Source: the human T2T-CHM13v2.0 reference genome, Homo sapiens. Taken from it: a stretch of 64,000 nt of DNA. The position numbers were made by a program, and so were the translations under genes. Each line of letters opens with the position of its first letter. Within the stretch, counting starts at the first letter, position 1. The DNA is taken from NCBI RefSeq assembly GCF_009914755.1, contig NC_060946.1. One strand, 5' to 3'. Below the pieces are notes generated by a model. The model was not told the origin of the DNA. It ran no database searches and was given only the letters and a program-made list of their open reading frames with translations. Positions 62,428 to 64,000 of the stretch are shown here, in pieces.

Positions 62428-63415
62428 GCCTGGGTATGGTGGCTCATGCCTGTAATCCCAAGACCCTGGGAGGCCAAGGTGGGTAGATCTCCTGAGGTTG
62501 GGAGTTTGAGACCAGCCTGGCCAAGATGGAGAAACCCCATCTCTACTAAAAATACAAAAAATTAGCCAGGCGTGGTGGTGCATGCCTGTAATCCCAGTTA
62601 CTCAGGAGGCTGAGGCAGGAGAATCACTTGAACCTGGAGGCGGAGGTTGTGGTAGGCATAGATTGTGCCACTGCACTCCAGCCTGGGCAAGAAGAGCGAA
62701 ACTCCGTCTCAAAAAAAACAAAACAAAATGAAACAAAAAACATATAGGAGGATTTTAGAAGGGACAGTTTTTTTGTTTTATCAAAAATCTTGGAGCCACC
62801 CTACTTTTCTTTTTTTTCTTATTTTGGCAGGTGAGTTGTTACACACTCAGTGGATTCCAACTTCTGTGGCCACCATCGTGTTTCCAATCCTACTTTTAAG
62901 GAGACAAAAAGTTATGATGATCAAACCTATGTTATAGATAACATGGTACTTACAATATCTTGAGCCTTGAAATACTTGGGGTACCTAATCCAGACCTAGA
63001 TGTGTGGGAAATCACTGACCTTGCTTAAAAGATCAGCTCCACAAATTTGGGAGTATGGAGAGGGGTCATGGTAATGGTGTCTACAAGTTTAGTTTGAAGT
63101 CTCACTGAACTTATTCTATCTGGAATTTTAAGTCATTTAACTAGCCGGGCTCACGCCTGTAATCCCAGCACTTTGGGAGGCCAATCCGGGTGGATCACGA
63201 GGTCAGGAGTTCAAGACCAGCCTGACCAACATGGTGAAACCTGGTCTCTACTAAAAATACAAAAATTAGCCAGGCGTGGTGGCGGGTGCCTGCAATCCTA
63301 GCTACTCAGGAGGCTGATGGAGGAGAATCACTTGAACCTGGGAGGTGGAGGTTGCAGCAAGCCAAGATCACGCCTGGGTGACAGAGCAAGACTCTGTCTC
63401 AAAAAAAAAAAAAAA
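62428..63415 (+). mobile_element. Two Alus (62428-62740, 63144-63415 with TSD aagtcatttaacta)
   Basis: Alu motifs. Confidence 0.9.
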
Positions 63416-64000
63416 GTCATTTAACTAAATACAGTAATCAAAACCGGTGTTTATAAATGCTACAAGTTTGGCCTCTAAAGGTGAACCCTGATTCGGACCT
63501 GGATTATCTGCCTTTAGCACTCTGCTGCACCCTTGGCTACCAGATTTGACCAGACCAGCACAGCCTAGAGCAAACTGCGCTAATTCTAACCCAGGTCAGA
63601 AGCCTATTTACAGTTAACATGATCATATTCTTTTAAGAGTTCCAAGAAGAGATATAGTCAACCCTTTAAGGACATTTAACTCCACCCCTAAGGCAGAAAA
63701 TTTGACCTTTAAAAAAACAGTTTCTTCTTCCTGCTCAGTAATTAAGGTTTTTAGAGTCAGGTTTCTTTGTAAATTTGATGAAATAAATTACCATACTCCC
63801 CAGGAAAAAAGCAAATATACACAAATATTTTCATGCAATGGAGAAGTCAGAAAATTCAGGATTTATTAAGCATCTACTATGGGCTTGGTGCTTCATCTAT
63901 TTACTTATGAGAATACAGTAAACAACACACACTGTCCTCATCGAGCTTTCATGTAGCATGAAGGATTATAGGAAATAGACAAGATTCCTTCTTTCAATTT

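Overview
Human/great-ape genomic DNA, very Alu-dense, recognisable from the spliced proteins as the SLC25A18-ATP6V1E1 locus (from memory, chr22q11). On the + strand is the complete SLC25A18 gene (mitochondrial glutamate/H+ carrier GC2): 9 coding exons spanning 19689-29980, summing to 948 nt = 315 aa + stop, plus probable 5' leader exons ending near 3447/3458 and at 9670-9732. On the - strand, convergent with it, are ATP6V1E1 exons 2-9 (59270 down to 32418); exon 1 lies beyond the window. The rest is mostly repeats: a full-length SVA with a 3' transduction, a solo ERV1 LTR, a MaLR LTR, L1/L2/MIR and DNA-transposon relics, and many Alus including an AluYa5. Most long ORFs in the track are Alu/SVA artefacts. 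The most interesting signal is in the SLC25A18 leader, where an upstream AUG (3426) precedes tandem GC/GT donors 11 nt apart. One donor gives a stop-free, in-frame 95-aa N-terminal extension of GC2; the other gives a 99-aa three-exon uORF whose UGA overlaps the main AUG (AUGA). Also notable: an apparently G-to-A hypermutated LTR, a ~300-bp inverted copy of SLC25A18 intron DNA inside an L1 relic in ATP6V1E1, a 59-bp templated insertion inside an Alu, and a bidirectional poly(A) signal between the genes. Repeat subfamily calls and boundaries are by eye and approximate.
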